Positions 44,749-56,107 of a stretch of DNA of 58,518 nt are shown in pieces. The translations under genes and the position numbers were made by a program. Position 1 is the stretch's first letter, and each line of letters opens with the position of its first letter. A model generated the notes under the pieces. The model was given only the letters and a program-made list of their open reading frames with translations. It did no database searches and had not been told where the DNA came from. The stretch spans positions 620,738-679,255 of the forward strand of contig WELB01000027.1 of the NCBI GenBank assembly GCA_009602725.1, written 5' to 3'. The stretch comes from Spirogloea muscicola. Taxonomy: Eukaryota.

Positions 44749-47700
44749 TTACTCCGGGCGCAGCAGTGATAAGAGCTCAGCAGAATATGAGCTGCCCACT
44801 ACATCAATGTGCATGCAAGATGATGGGGTCGAGCTCACGTTGTAGGTGACAGCGCAGTCCATTGTCCAGGCCTCATATTTCGTGCCAGGGGGGAACTCGT
44901 TCTTGATAACGTCGTAGTACACCTCATCTTTAGCGAGATTCCTTACAATCGACCTGATACCTATGATGTAGTAGAGGGGCACAATTGCCAGCGAGGCCCA
45001 CGACGGGTTGCCAACCGCCAGCGGTGGCGGGATGGGCTGCACCAGCAGGGGGTTCTGTACATGCAGGTAACTGCCCACAAAGTGCCGGCGTCAATGGCAG
45101 CAGCTCATGGGCATAATGCTCAAGTCAAGTCGAAGTCGAGGAAGGTGTGATAATGTCAATTCGTGTTCGTTTGAGTCTGTGTCAGTGTGTTACCGTCAAA
45201 TGATCTGCCTCGATTTCCAATGCATGATGTGTTGACAGTCCAGCCTTTAATGGACGCAGAAGTAAGCTGCCCTCACCCCATGTCTTGTGTGGGCACAAAT
45301 GGCACGAGGTCACGGCTGTCGATGACCCTGTACTTGGCGCCCACGAGCAGCTGGAAGGCGTCGTAGAAGCCCTTGTTGCCAGCCCGCGGTGACCCGCCCG
45401 TGATGCACCTCACTTCGGCCTGCTCGCCATGCACGCAATAAAGAGCTGACAATTCGAGCACTGGCTAATTGGATTATATTGGGCACTATCTAACTACCAC
45501 AATTGCGACTGAGTTATGAAGACTTTAATCAAGATCATGCAGTTGATATAAATCAGAACCGCTCTCTATTTACTCTCTGCTCCTGATCATAATATGCACA
45601 CGTATTATGTAACCAGTTCACCTCTGGATACGTCTGAGCAAACCAGGGGGCAGCCACTGTGGCCAGGGCACCTCCAAGGCTGTGCCCACAGCAGACGATC
45701 CTGAAGTTGCAACATCAAGATTGTGAGTTAAGGTGCATGATGTAAGTGGCCCTTCGGATGTCCCAAGCACAGGACGACGGCTGAGCATCTGCGCTGCTGC
45801 TAAGAAGAACTGAGGTTAGCTCTGTAGCTCTTCTTTTAGTGCAGTAGACACATGGCAGCAGCCTCATGGAAGTCATCATCGATCCGAAGTGCTGTAGTGG
45901 TGTTTGCTCACCTTGTCGGGATTCGATCTTGCATGACTCTCCGGAGCTGGGTGATGGTGCTGCTCTCCTTGCGGGCACCAGGAGGGCCCATTGCGACATC
46001 AAACATTTCTCGCACCTCGTTGAAGCCGTCAAGGAAGCCCTTGTGAACAAGAATCTGTAGATACCAAGTGGCAACCTTAGTATATCGGCATGTCCCTATA
46101 ATGACGCACATCTGCTCATCTACCGTTGACTTTAGGCAATGTGCTTGCAAGCATGTCTGCCTGGACTTACCTCATGGCCCGACGAGAGCGGGGAGGACTT
46201 GAGCCAGTCGCACTGGACAGGGTGGATGGCGTTGAAATCTACAAGCCAATTGTTGAGGTTGGAGGGCTCGGTGCCGCGGAAAGCCACCACCATTGTTCCA
46301 GTGTTGAGCCATACCACGAAGACCTGCAATGGCAGACAAAAAGTGGCTCACACAAACTGAATGCATGCATGGTAACAGAGTCCAATGGATCTCGGACGAG
46401 CTGCAACTGGACCTAGGAGCCATCTGACCAGCATACCTTCGTCTGCGACTGCTTAAGGTCCCACACAAAGGCTATGTTCTCCGCTTGGGCCACTTGTTTG
46501 AAGCCCTGCCACAGCCGGTACAAAGCAAGCCACGCAGCTAGCCTTCACAGTCAGGCAAGCTGCAGGGTGCTCATGCTTGTACCGCAGATAACATGCACAG
46601 CAGCAGTATCAAACACTCCAGCAGAGTCTCAGCCTGCACTTCAGGTACATGCTTGGATTTGTGGACTGAGTGCCACCCACCTCACAGTCAAGGTATGAAG
46701 CCACAGCTCCCAGCATACCCTGGACCACCTTGCCTCTGAGAATATGGTTCTCCAGGCGCTTCTCACTGAGAAGTTCAGTTGATGGGCGAACCTTATCGGG
46801 GTCATTGATGCCAACCTTTTCAGTGGCCTTCATGGTCGACCTCGTTGTGTTGGTTAGGATGCCCGTTGCAACTGCAGGCATTGAGCACAGTGATGCCAGT
46901 CAGAGCAACACCGACTTGCCAACCTGGTGCACAGTGAGTTGGATGTAGGGCAACGGCCTCCTTTTCCATACATGTAGCTAAGTTGCCGACTATATTCTAA
47001 TTATAGGTGGTACTTCTTCTGCATGAAGGAATAAGCATGTATTCGTGGGCACCGCTCAATGATGTGCTAAGTGCACCCCACGATGAAGTTGTGAAAGGCT
47101 AAGTTCCAAGCAGAATGATGTGTTGACTTACGCCAGATTGCACTTGAAGCCACCCAGCCAAGGCCAGCATTTGTGCTCAGCCACGTGCCTACCCTCTCCC
47201 GAACCACCTCCTGAAGTCATAGAGCACAACTTTTGTTGAAGATAAGCCAGTCACTAATGAAGACCGTTCCACGAGGAGGCAAGATTAGTGCACCAAATGA
47301 AGTCATGCAAACAGAAATCCTGGGAGTAGACATGCATGTAGGTATCCCGATGCACACACATGGTGAGTTATTTTCGAAGGAGGAGGGAGCGCGCCGTTCG
47401 ATCGAGGCATCATGATGCGAGCAGCCTCACATTGAGCCTGAGCCTCGACTTTGTCCTGTTGTGCGAGTACTTCCAAGCGCTTTCGCAGCTTTCCCTCGTC
47501 GCCGCACTACAGAAGGTGCCCGGAAAGTCAGTCAGGAATCGCTTTGAGGCTAAAGTATCAGCTGATGCATTCTATATTGACAAAGACAAGCGCTGACACC
47601 AATAGATGTCTACGGAGTCAGAACGCATGTTTTAAAGAACATGACATGCAGTGAGATAACAGAGAAATCGAATTGTCTGGTTCAGGCTCACATCGTCTGG

Positions 47701-49001
47701 ATAGTCGAGGCAGTAGTGATTACCGACCAGGTACTGGAAGATGGTACGGAAATTCTCACTGTTCATGCTGCAGACGTACATGTTGGAGTCTATCAGCAGC
47801 ATACATTGGTGAGCTATGCTTTGATGTGGTGGCTGTCATTGGCAAGAAAGGCAGTTCAATGGCATGACTAGTATGAGCCACCTGTGTGACAACTGATGCA
47901 ACCAAGAGCTTGCGAGCAACCTGTAAGTGAGAAACCTCTGCTGCCAGGAGATTGGAAGAAAAAGGCTGGGCACTCACTGTGGGGTCTCGAAGGACGTGCA
48001 GCGGGTGTCAGCATAAGGGAACGTGACCGCCGCCCATGCGGCTGCGAGGACAGCGACCGAGCCCCCGAGCTTTATGCCCTCGGTCACGATGCGGCGCACG
48101 ACTGCGGGCCGGCCGCGGTCCATTGTCTTCTTTTGGATCTCCTGCCATGAACATTCATGTGGGGTGTCACTTCTTTGTGGCATGAAATCACATCTTCGTA
48201 GTCATTGTTCATTAGAAAGCGTTATACTAACTAAAGCTCTAGTGGCAGGCAACCCTGAGAGGGATGTACTTCTACTCAACCTTCAACAACGGGCGGGGCT
48301 AACGAGACCGGGCCGGTGTGGCGTCAGTACCTCCATGAGTTTGGCGTTGAGGAGGCCCTGGAAAGCGTCTGCAATGCCACTGGGCACCACGGCATCTCGC
48401 TTGAAGTGCTCGAGCCAGCTCGGCTCCACCTCCTGCACCAGAAGAAAGGCAGCGAATCAGTCTCTCAGCTGCGGCAAGATTGCCCTCTCTGCCTGCGAGC
48501 AGAGCTGACATTGTGTGCCACACACATTGTCAGCCTGCCTGCAGCCGGCGAGCGCCGCCCAATGCATCAGCCCCTGCCTATATCGCGATGTCTAGCCCAG
48601 TCAGGAGTCTTTTCGTATTCTCGCTGACATACTTCTGAAGTCCAACTTGGGTTCCTTCTGTGCGATTGAGTGGCGGACTGCACACAATAGTATCTGCATT
48701 GCAGTCTGTGTGTAAGATTGGGACGAGGGAGGAAAGGCATTGACTCGTGCGACGGTGGGAAGCAGGGAGGCTGGGCGCGCACCCGCAGGAGGTCGTATGG
48801 CAGCAGGCCCTCGCCGCCGTCCCAGTAAAAGGAGATGTGGAGCGTGGAGACGTCGGCGTCCCAGCTGAGGAGCGCGGAGAGGGGCCCCGCGGCGAGCGTG
48901 CGTTGGCCGTCCAGCAGCTTCACGAGCTTGGACGCGGAGCGGAAGACCTTGAGGTACACGGGCAGCGCGAACGTGCGGCCCTGCAGGAGCGACAGCGCCA
49001 T
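44749..49001 (-). CDS. Class 3 lipase (alpha/beta hydrolase) with a long N-terminal extension; exon chain upstream of ~47210 is tentative
   Basis: VVAFRGTEPSNLNNWLVDF (46323-46171), ILVHKGFLDGF, IVCCGHSLGGALATVAA (GxSxG, ~45700-45622), TGGSPRAGNKGF..YRVIDSRDLVPFVP|GYLHV. Upstream exons include EVVRERVGTW...SAIW|LATGILTN (phase 1), back to a candidate start MALSLLQGRTF at 49001. Confidence 0.8.
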
Positions 49002-49106
49002 GAAAGCGGCAGCAGCAACGACGGCGCCGCCACGGGCTTCTGCTAGGTGAGCCTTTTGGTGGGCAGTGCAGGTTCTTCGGCTGCAATGGAGTGCGTCTGA
49101 AGGTCT

Positions 49107-49366
49107 GGGCAAGCGCAGCAGGGCCTCTTCAAGAAGAAGGGAAGCGGAGAGGGAAGCTGAGGAGGAATAGGAAACGAATCAGCACTTGCAATGGCAAGGC
49201 AACGGCTGTGAGAGGAGAATAGAGAACGAAACAGCAATATCAATGGAGGTGTTGGGAAGCGCAGCAGGGCCTCTTCAAGGGGAGAGGAAGGGCTGAGGTG
49301 GAGTAGATTACGAAACTGCATCTGCAATGTAAGGCAATGGATGTGAGAGGCCAGCCCAGAGGAATG
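49107..49366 (-). repeat. ~147-bp imperfect tandem duplication carrying the GGGCTGGCCTCTCACAGCC motif
   Basis: aagcgcagcagggcctcttcaag at ~49111 and ~49257. Motif copies ggcaacggctgtgagagg (~49198) and ggcaatggatgtgagaggccagccca (~49333). Confidence 0.8.
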
Positions 49367-49996
49367 TACATGGCCTGAGAAACGGAGTTGGGGCAGTCCG
49401 GGGTTGGGGGTCCCGGCTCCAAGAAGGTGGGAGGAGGGAGGGTGGGGACCCGGGGAGACCTGGCCGGCCGCCCCAGGCGCCGCAGTGGCGGGACCGCCGC
49501 TCGATGTGGCGGCGGCGCCAGAAATGGCTCTGGCGCCGGGCCCCGCCCCCGCCCCGCCCCGCCCCGCCACCGCCCCGGCTGGCGCCGCCTCCACTTTGGC
49601 GGCAGGGATGGCGGGAGGGCGGGCGCGCGCCGAGGGTCAACAGTCGCCGGGACCCCCGTGCCGCACGTGGCGGGGCCCACAGTCGGTTGGCGGAGGTGGA
49701 TCGTCCGCTGCCGGACGCGTCCGCGGGGGCTGGAGCGACTCGTCTGGCACCGCTGCATCCTGGCGACAACCTCAACCCACCGACGGGCTCGGCATGGTCG
49801 TTGCTTACTGATGTCTTCCAGCGACTTTTCAACCCCATCGGACCTTGTCGAAGTCTTTGGGCCGCTTCTTAGCGGGCTGCGAACAACTCGCTTCTTATTG
49901 GGAAAACTACTGCTACTTTCGTGGAAGAGCCACTTCTTCCTTCTGAGCTTACAGCTTTTCTTGTCCTTTCTCTTTGGGCTGGCCTTCCTTCCGTCA

Positions 49997-50142
49997 TTTG
50001 GACCCTTCGAGCCTTTGTCAATTCTTCTCGGGCTGGCTTTTCACAGCCCTTGCCCACATTGGGAGTGCCACTACCTCCCAGTGGGGGCAAGGGCTGTGAG
50101 AAGCCAGCTTGAGAAGAATTGACAGGCTCGAGGGGGCCCAAA
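49997..50142. repeat. ~68-bp-stem hairpin with a 9-nt loop (tail-to-tail element ends)
   Basis: tttggacccttcgagcctttgtcaattcttctcgggctggcttttcacagcccttgcccacattgggag / tgccactac / ctcccagtgggggcaagggctgtgagaagccagcttgagaagaattgacaggctcgagggggcccaaa. Confidence 0.93.
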
Positions 50143-50604
50143 AACGCTGAGCAGCTACGAAGGGGCAAGAAGAAGGGGCCTGAAGAAGCTATGGCAGTAC
50201 GGGGGAAGGATGGACCACTCAGTAGTTACGAGTGAGGAGCCTCAAATCCGACAGACTAGCTGCTGGAAGACTATCCCCCTGACAAAAGCCGGAGGCCGCA
50301 GCAAGAGCACGGCCAGCCCGCAGATGCAAGGCTTGGGCCATGGACCGCTGAAGGGAGACCGCCAAACTCACGCAATAGACTTGGGCCCACGAGCCAGCGG
50401 CGTTGAAGTCGGCCGGCTCACCGCGCCTGCGGGACACAGTGTGGAGCGCAAGCCTGGCCAGCAGGTCGAGCCACTGGGACCCGAGAGCCCCGTGCACGTC
50501 CACAGCCAGGGGGGCGAACTCATCTGCAGCAGGGTGGTCGGCGTCTTTGGCAGCCTTCGCCGCAGCATGGCCAGCCCGCACAGACCCACTTCCTCTTTGC
50601 CAGC
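50075..50604 (-). mobile_element. Longest RLE/CRE-like non-LTR retrotransposon relic (C-terminal endonuclease domain plus 3' UTR)
   Basis: GHAAAKAAKDADHPAADEFAPLAVDVHGALGSQWLDLLARLALH...VSLAVSLQRSMAQALHLRAGRALAAASGFCQGDSLPAASLSDLRLLTRNY* (stop at 50219). FxPLAVxxxGxLG...LSVxLQR is typical of CRE-clade RLE C-termini. The motif lies ~110 nt past the stop. Confidence 0.82.
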
Positions 50605-51396
50605 CCCTACCTTCTACCTGCTGAGCCTCCAGCCGACTTTCCCTCTGCCTTGTCTTGTGCTTTGTAGTGTAGTCCTTTTCCGGCATCTTTTCCTTTTCTG
50701 GCTATGATATTGTCCATTCATTTCGGGCTGGCTTTGCCAGCCCCTCTTCTCTCTGGACGAGCACTCTCCTTTTCTATGGGAGCACTTCCTAGCTCCTTCT
50801 CCACTGTGACTTGGGCCGCGTTTGGCCAGTCGCTGTCCACTGGCAGCGACTGGCGGTCAAACGTCGGCGGCCGCGGATCCCGTGCAGCGAAGTTTCCCGA
50901 CGCGCACGTGCCATCAGGACAAGGGGGGGAAACCACGAGGGTGCGCCACGAGTCCCTGCAAAGACGCGCCACGTAGCAAGCACGAGGAGCCCGGTTGGGT
51001 ACGAGCGGCCGTCCCCACGTGCAGGCGCACGTCCCTTACCCCTCGACGACAAAATAGTGGATTTGCCCGTCACCTGACGTCTCGACGGGAACCGTCATCC
51101 CCTCTGACGACACGCCCGTCGCCCGTCGGGCACTCTGGCCAGGCCCGCAGGACATAACCCTAAAAGAGCCGCCACGTCAGCCCTAATTCCCCCCCGTGGG
51201 CAGCAGTGCCGGTGAGCAGCCCAGGGCTGCTGCTGACATTCAATTATTTATATCCCTTTTGTCTCCAAATTTGTGGTTCCTTTTCTTTGACAGGTGACAG
51301 CCTAGGCTCAGATCTGCACAGGACGTCTGGGCGCAAAGCCGGCCATCTCGAGAAGCACTTGGAAAAACTAACACCCAGTGCCAAATGCTGGGAAGG

Positions 51397-54300
51397 CTAC
51401 CGAGCCACCTCCGGCTCTCGCTCCTCCTCGTACTCGACCTGTGATCAAATCCATGAGGGACGCCACAAGATCAGGTGCCCAATAAGCTGCAGCAGGAAGA
51501 TTGCCATGGCGTCTGTACTTGCAGCATTTGCTAAGGCTAGGGTTCATATTCAGGGTTAGGTTCATGAAATTAGGAGAAAGGGTTTAGGCCATGAAGCGGA
51601 CTGACCTCAACGCGTTGTCGCCTTCGCTTGCTCCTCGCAAGCCCGGCCGCGCCCGGTTTCCTCTTGGCGGATAGCGACGGAGTGGCCCAGCGCATCGGCA
51701 ATTCATCATCGCCTTCCTCTGTTTCATCCTCCTCATTGCCTTCGCTGTCTGCACGATTGAATGACGCAGTTAAGACCAGTCTTCTGGAGCAACAAGAGGG
51801 ATCGCTCGGTTGTTGAGATCGCTCAAACTGTTTAGCAGGTGAGTAGGACTTATGTCGTAGTAGGGTATCAGCATGGATACTCATGTGCCAAGATGGAGTA
51901 GATGCGTGCAAAAGCTCGAGCAATGGCAGCTCTGGTGGCGCAATATGCCATCAAGTTGGCCAAGCGCTTGCTTGCCTTGTCTGAAGGCGTCGCCCTTGCC
52001 GGCGTTGAAGTCCTCGAAATCGTCGTCTGCTTCATCCAGATCATAGTCCTCCACAAACTCCACCTCAGGCTCCTCTTCCTGGGGAAGCCATGGGAATGGT
52101 AGCAAGCTGTCAGGAGACATTCTTCCAGAAATGATATGATTGGTCTTTGATTGAGCTGCTCGTTGACATAGTCCACGGCTGTCTTCTAAGCTGCAACAAA
52201 TATCCTTGACATCCTGGTGCACATGACTGAGCAATGTTTACCTGGCACAGTTTTGAGCCCTGAACCTTCTGAGACGAGTGCCAATTGACAATTGTCTCTC
52301 TTTCAAATCAAGATACGCTTCAAGCTAAGGTCCTAGATATAGATCCCAAATGCAGCTAAGGATGGGGTTGACATGAACTCTTCGTTTCAGTCGACTAAGT
52401 GAAGTACCTCCAGTTCCTCCTCAGCTTCCATGACCTCCTCATCGGCCTCGGCCTCCATCTCCTCCATTGCAAGCACCTTGTCATACTCCTTGATTGGGAA
52501 GTTGTAGATATCACCGTACGTCCCACTCTGCAGCCGCTGCAGTAGCTCCTTCTCAATCGCCTGCCAGAACAAGGGAGATAGCACCAGGATCAGCAGGCGG
52601 CACATCTGATTCCTTCATGAGTTCAGAAAAACCATTCGGCCATGCTCGCCATCTATATTTGACAGCCCACATGGATGTCCACCGCAAACATCACAAAGAA
52701 GTATAGCGTGGAAAACAACCGCGTAATACTGAACAATCAAAGCAAGTAGGCCGAGGGATCCCACGCAAAGTGGCCCGGCGCCTCACCGTGTTGAGCTTCG
52801 CAGCAACCTCCGCCTTCTTCTCTCGACGGGCCTCGCGCTTCTCCTGCTTGGCGGGCACTGTCACAAGCTTCGGTCTGAGGAGCAGCAAGAGATGCGCCCG
52901 CAATAAATGAATGAGTTGCTCCACATGGCTCACTCGTCTCACAACGCTTCTACTTCATGCTCAGCTATGCCAGCCTTCCTCTTGCCGCCCAACATGACAA
53001 TGGAGCAAACATGTCAGCCAACAGTATGCCAGACCTCTTAACAATACCAGCCAAGATCCTCAATTATCAGGCCTTCAAGTCAGCCTCGGCATCTTAAGTT
53101 TCCAGACTCAAGGTGGGCTTGGCAGGCGGGAACAAGCTGACCTGACGGCAAGTGCCAGCTTGCGCATCCTAATGAGGTACTGCGTCATCTTCGTCAGCCG
53201 CTGCTTGTTCTTGTGCACCAGAAATCTGGGCCAGTGCTCCTGCTTCACAAAACCGCTGCCATTAGTCAACTATGGACCCGCTTGCTGGCGGATGGAAGGG
53301 GGCGCAGAGCTTTAGACCAGATGCTCTAGTGCACAGCCAACGGCCGCATGCTGTGTCAAATTAGCCGGCAAAAGCATGGGTGCAGACACATCTCCCAGCT
53401 GCTGAGCAGAGGTGGCACCTCAAGCGGCACTGCTCACTGGCAGCTGCTGTCATTTTCCTGGTGGCCATCATAGCATACCGCAAAGGCGACCAGCTCGCTT
53501 GACGTTTGGACTAACCAGGAAACGGTCGATGGTTTCCAGGGCCTTGGCGTAGTTGCGTGGCAGCTTGACGCGCTCCCACAGGTGCTTGGGCATGTGCGCA
53601 CGCTCAATCGACTTCATGTAGAGGTACAGCACACCTGCAAGCACGGCACCCTGGAGCAGCTCAGGCTTTGCACTCTGCGCATATTGCTCTTTGTGTGCTT
53701 AAGATAACCTGCATTTCCACTGAACCAAAACCTAAACCCATCCTCATCTGCCTGTACACAGTCAGCTGGACCTAGACCTCCACGGGGTGCACGTACGATG
53801 AACCAGGACGCTCCGCATGAGAGTTAGCCGAGCGCCAGATTCATTGTGTGGCCGAAAAGCCAATTGCTGATTAGCATCCGTAATCAGCTAAGGTGTACGT
53901 AGCTAGCAAAGCGCCAAGGATTGCCAAGGTGACGCAGCGTGCGACCCAGCGGCGGGCAAGCTCATGCTACCGAGCAGCTGGCGAGCGTGCCGCAGAGTAG
54001 GGCCCACAGACCTGGGTGGCTCTTAACCCCCACCCTTGACATTGAATTCTCAACACTTTAGGCGACACAGACTGATGCGAATTTGGTAGACTACAGAGAA
54101 CACTTACGCTACACTGGCTCAAATTACACTCAACAGAGATCATGCTTACATCACTCATATAAGTACATTAGTAGGCTTAAGATTTAGGGTTAGGGTTATA
54201 TTACAGTGGCTGGTAGATTACAGAGGCCTCAGACCCGCAACAGCTTAATGAGCAATGTGGATAATTGCGGCGAGCGGACGCAGGGGGCCGGCTGAGGTCC

Positions 54301-54414
54301 TCACCCTCGAACTCGCGGATGGTGGCGTAGCGGCTGTTGGCCAGCGGGCAGGAGCTGCGGTTGCAGAGGCCGGTGACGTTGAACACGTTGCGGCAGAAGT
54401 TCTGGGTCTTGGTC
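51397..54414 (-). CDS. MAK16: MAK16 60S ribosome biogenesis protein; first exon probably lost at the single N at 54596
   Basis: [32 protein letters not shown] | [23 protein letters not shown] | [22 protein letters not shown] | [15 protein letters not shown] | [22 protein letters not shown], acidic tail, [16 protein letters not shown]. Confidence 0.96.
54182..54198 (-). promoter_or_regulatory. Telo-box / telomere-like tract in a MAK16 5' intron
   Basis: atttagggttagggtta, which reads TAACCCTAACCCTAAAT on the gene strand. Confidence 0.5.
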
Positions 54415-56107
54415 CTGCCGCCACCGCCGGCCCGCAGATCTCAGGTTCGAGCCTTGGGCTCGGCAAAGCATCATGTGGATTTCTCTAGCAGCACACTCAG
54501 CAGTGGCGGCGGCCCCTGCTGGGGCCCGCCTCCGCCCACAGCGGCCGCTCGGCAGGCTGGGCCGCCGGGACCGCCGAAAGCGCCGGCTGCGCGGCNGGCG
54601 GCTGCGGCGGCGGCGGCGGCGGGGCGGCGACGGCGGCGACGGGGTCTGGCCTTCAGGGTTTAAGGGATTGGGTCCGCAGTCCCGCTTCTCCGCGACTCCC
54701 GCCGCACGCCGCGCCGCGCTTGCCGCCGCAGAACCCGGGGAGGTGAGGTATTGCCGCCTTACAGGTCTAGGGTTCAACTCCGGACTGTCTGTTCTATTAA
54801 CCTGCCTTAAACCCTGAGGGGCCCCCCTGCGCCACAGTCACCTGTGCGACCATTTGGCAGCCAAATCCGTGGGGATTTGCAACCTTAGGACCATTAGAAT
54901 TACGGTCGCCGTTTACTGGGGCTTCGATTACAAGCTTGTTTTTAAGTCCCAGCACTGCGCAGGTGTTAGATTTTACACATCATGTTATACATCATAACGC
55001 TGCGAGTCATCGGCCACCGCGACACAGATATGCATTTATGGAATAAAGGACGAAGGGAGAATAGCTCTTTGAAAGTAAGGGATGATACGAGAGGCCCATA
55101 AGGGATGGACAAGGTATGAGTCAGCCGGAAGGTGCAAGATCTGAAACAACTTCACACACTCTGCGAATCAGAGGCGTAAGCCCCTCACTGTCCCTACTGG
55201 CTGACTCCTTTTCCCCAGTCACAGCCATCGCTCTCTACTGGAAGGGTCTCCTCCTTCCTTTTATTCGGTGTGGGGCCTTGCGCAGTCTTCCAGGATCCGA
55301 GGGAGCCGTGCTTCTGAGTCATCAAAAAGTCACTGGCAGCTGCTGAGAGGAAGACTCTACTAGTAGCGGGCGATAGCTGTAATTAGCCAACCCGGGAGAA
55401 AGATTGAGAGCTGCGCAGCTGCCAGACGTCATCAGAGTGGAAAAAAATTGAAGCTTCTCATAGAAGGCGATGCCTGTGAGAAGCCAGAAGGCATGGACAA
55501 GCCTCAAGGTGGCCGGAGAGTGCATAAGCTGCAAGAGGTGAGAATATGAGACGGCCACTGATTCCGATCAGCCATCGTGCACTCATGCATTCAGCGCACA
55601 CCTCAAGAATGTTCAGACATGGTATGATCAGTAGCCTATGAGGCAAGTGGAAACTAGAGGAGACATTGGACTGTAGAAAGCAGGACAGGAGCCATTCAAT
55701 GAGTATCTTATAGCAATGTAGAGACGGTGGGTGTTCAAGCGAAGCTGAATTAATACTAGATCAGAGAGCGGGTGGTGAGGGAACGAGGCTCTTTATTTCC
55801 CGCCACACCTCAGAGGACCGAGCAAATGATGCAATCAGGTCCCCAAATAAAGAGTGGTTATGTTTCTGTGAAGCAGGGTTCAAGATCAAGAGGTGCTATA
55901 TGCTTATTGCTAGTAGCAATGAATCCAGGTAAAAGAGATGAAGAGGCCTCGGTAAATAGAGCGAGGAAATGTCATCTTTGCACATGTGCATGCTGGACAG
56001 ATGAGGCCGTCCAACCCAGCCAATGCTTTTGGCTTCGCGGTACAGCTCTCATCTGGCAGCGCCATAATAGAGACCATGGCAGTAAAACTTTACCTTCGGC
56101 ACCGCTT

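Noticed and set aside
46896..46898. Apparent in-frame TGA in the lipase (VGKSVLL*LASL)
   Set aside because: A downstream phase-1 acceptor (ctgcag|tt gca acg) joins the previous exon cleanly, so the stop is intronic.
49700..49900. Another + strand RLE C-terminal relic (HRRARHGRCLL...TPSDLVEVF) upstream of the 49973 motif
   Set aside because: The position fits, but the similarity is too weak to call without a profile search.
54434..54465. tRNA-like T-arm (agatc tcagg TTCGAgc cttgg gctcggca)
   Set aside because: No D-arm, anticodon arm or matching 5' acceptor strand upstream, and it lies in a MAK16 intron. At most a fragment or a chance match.
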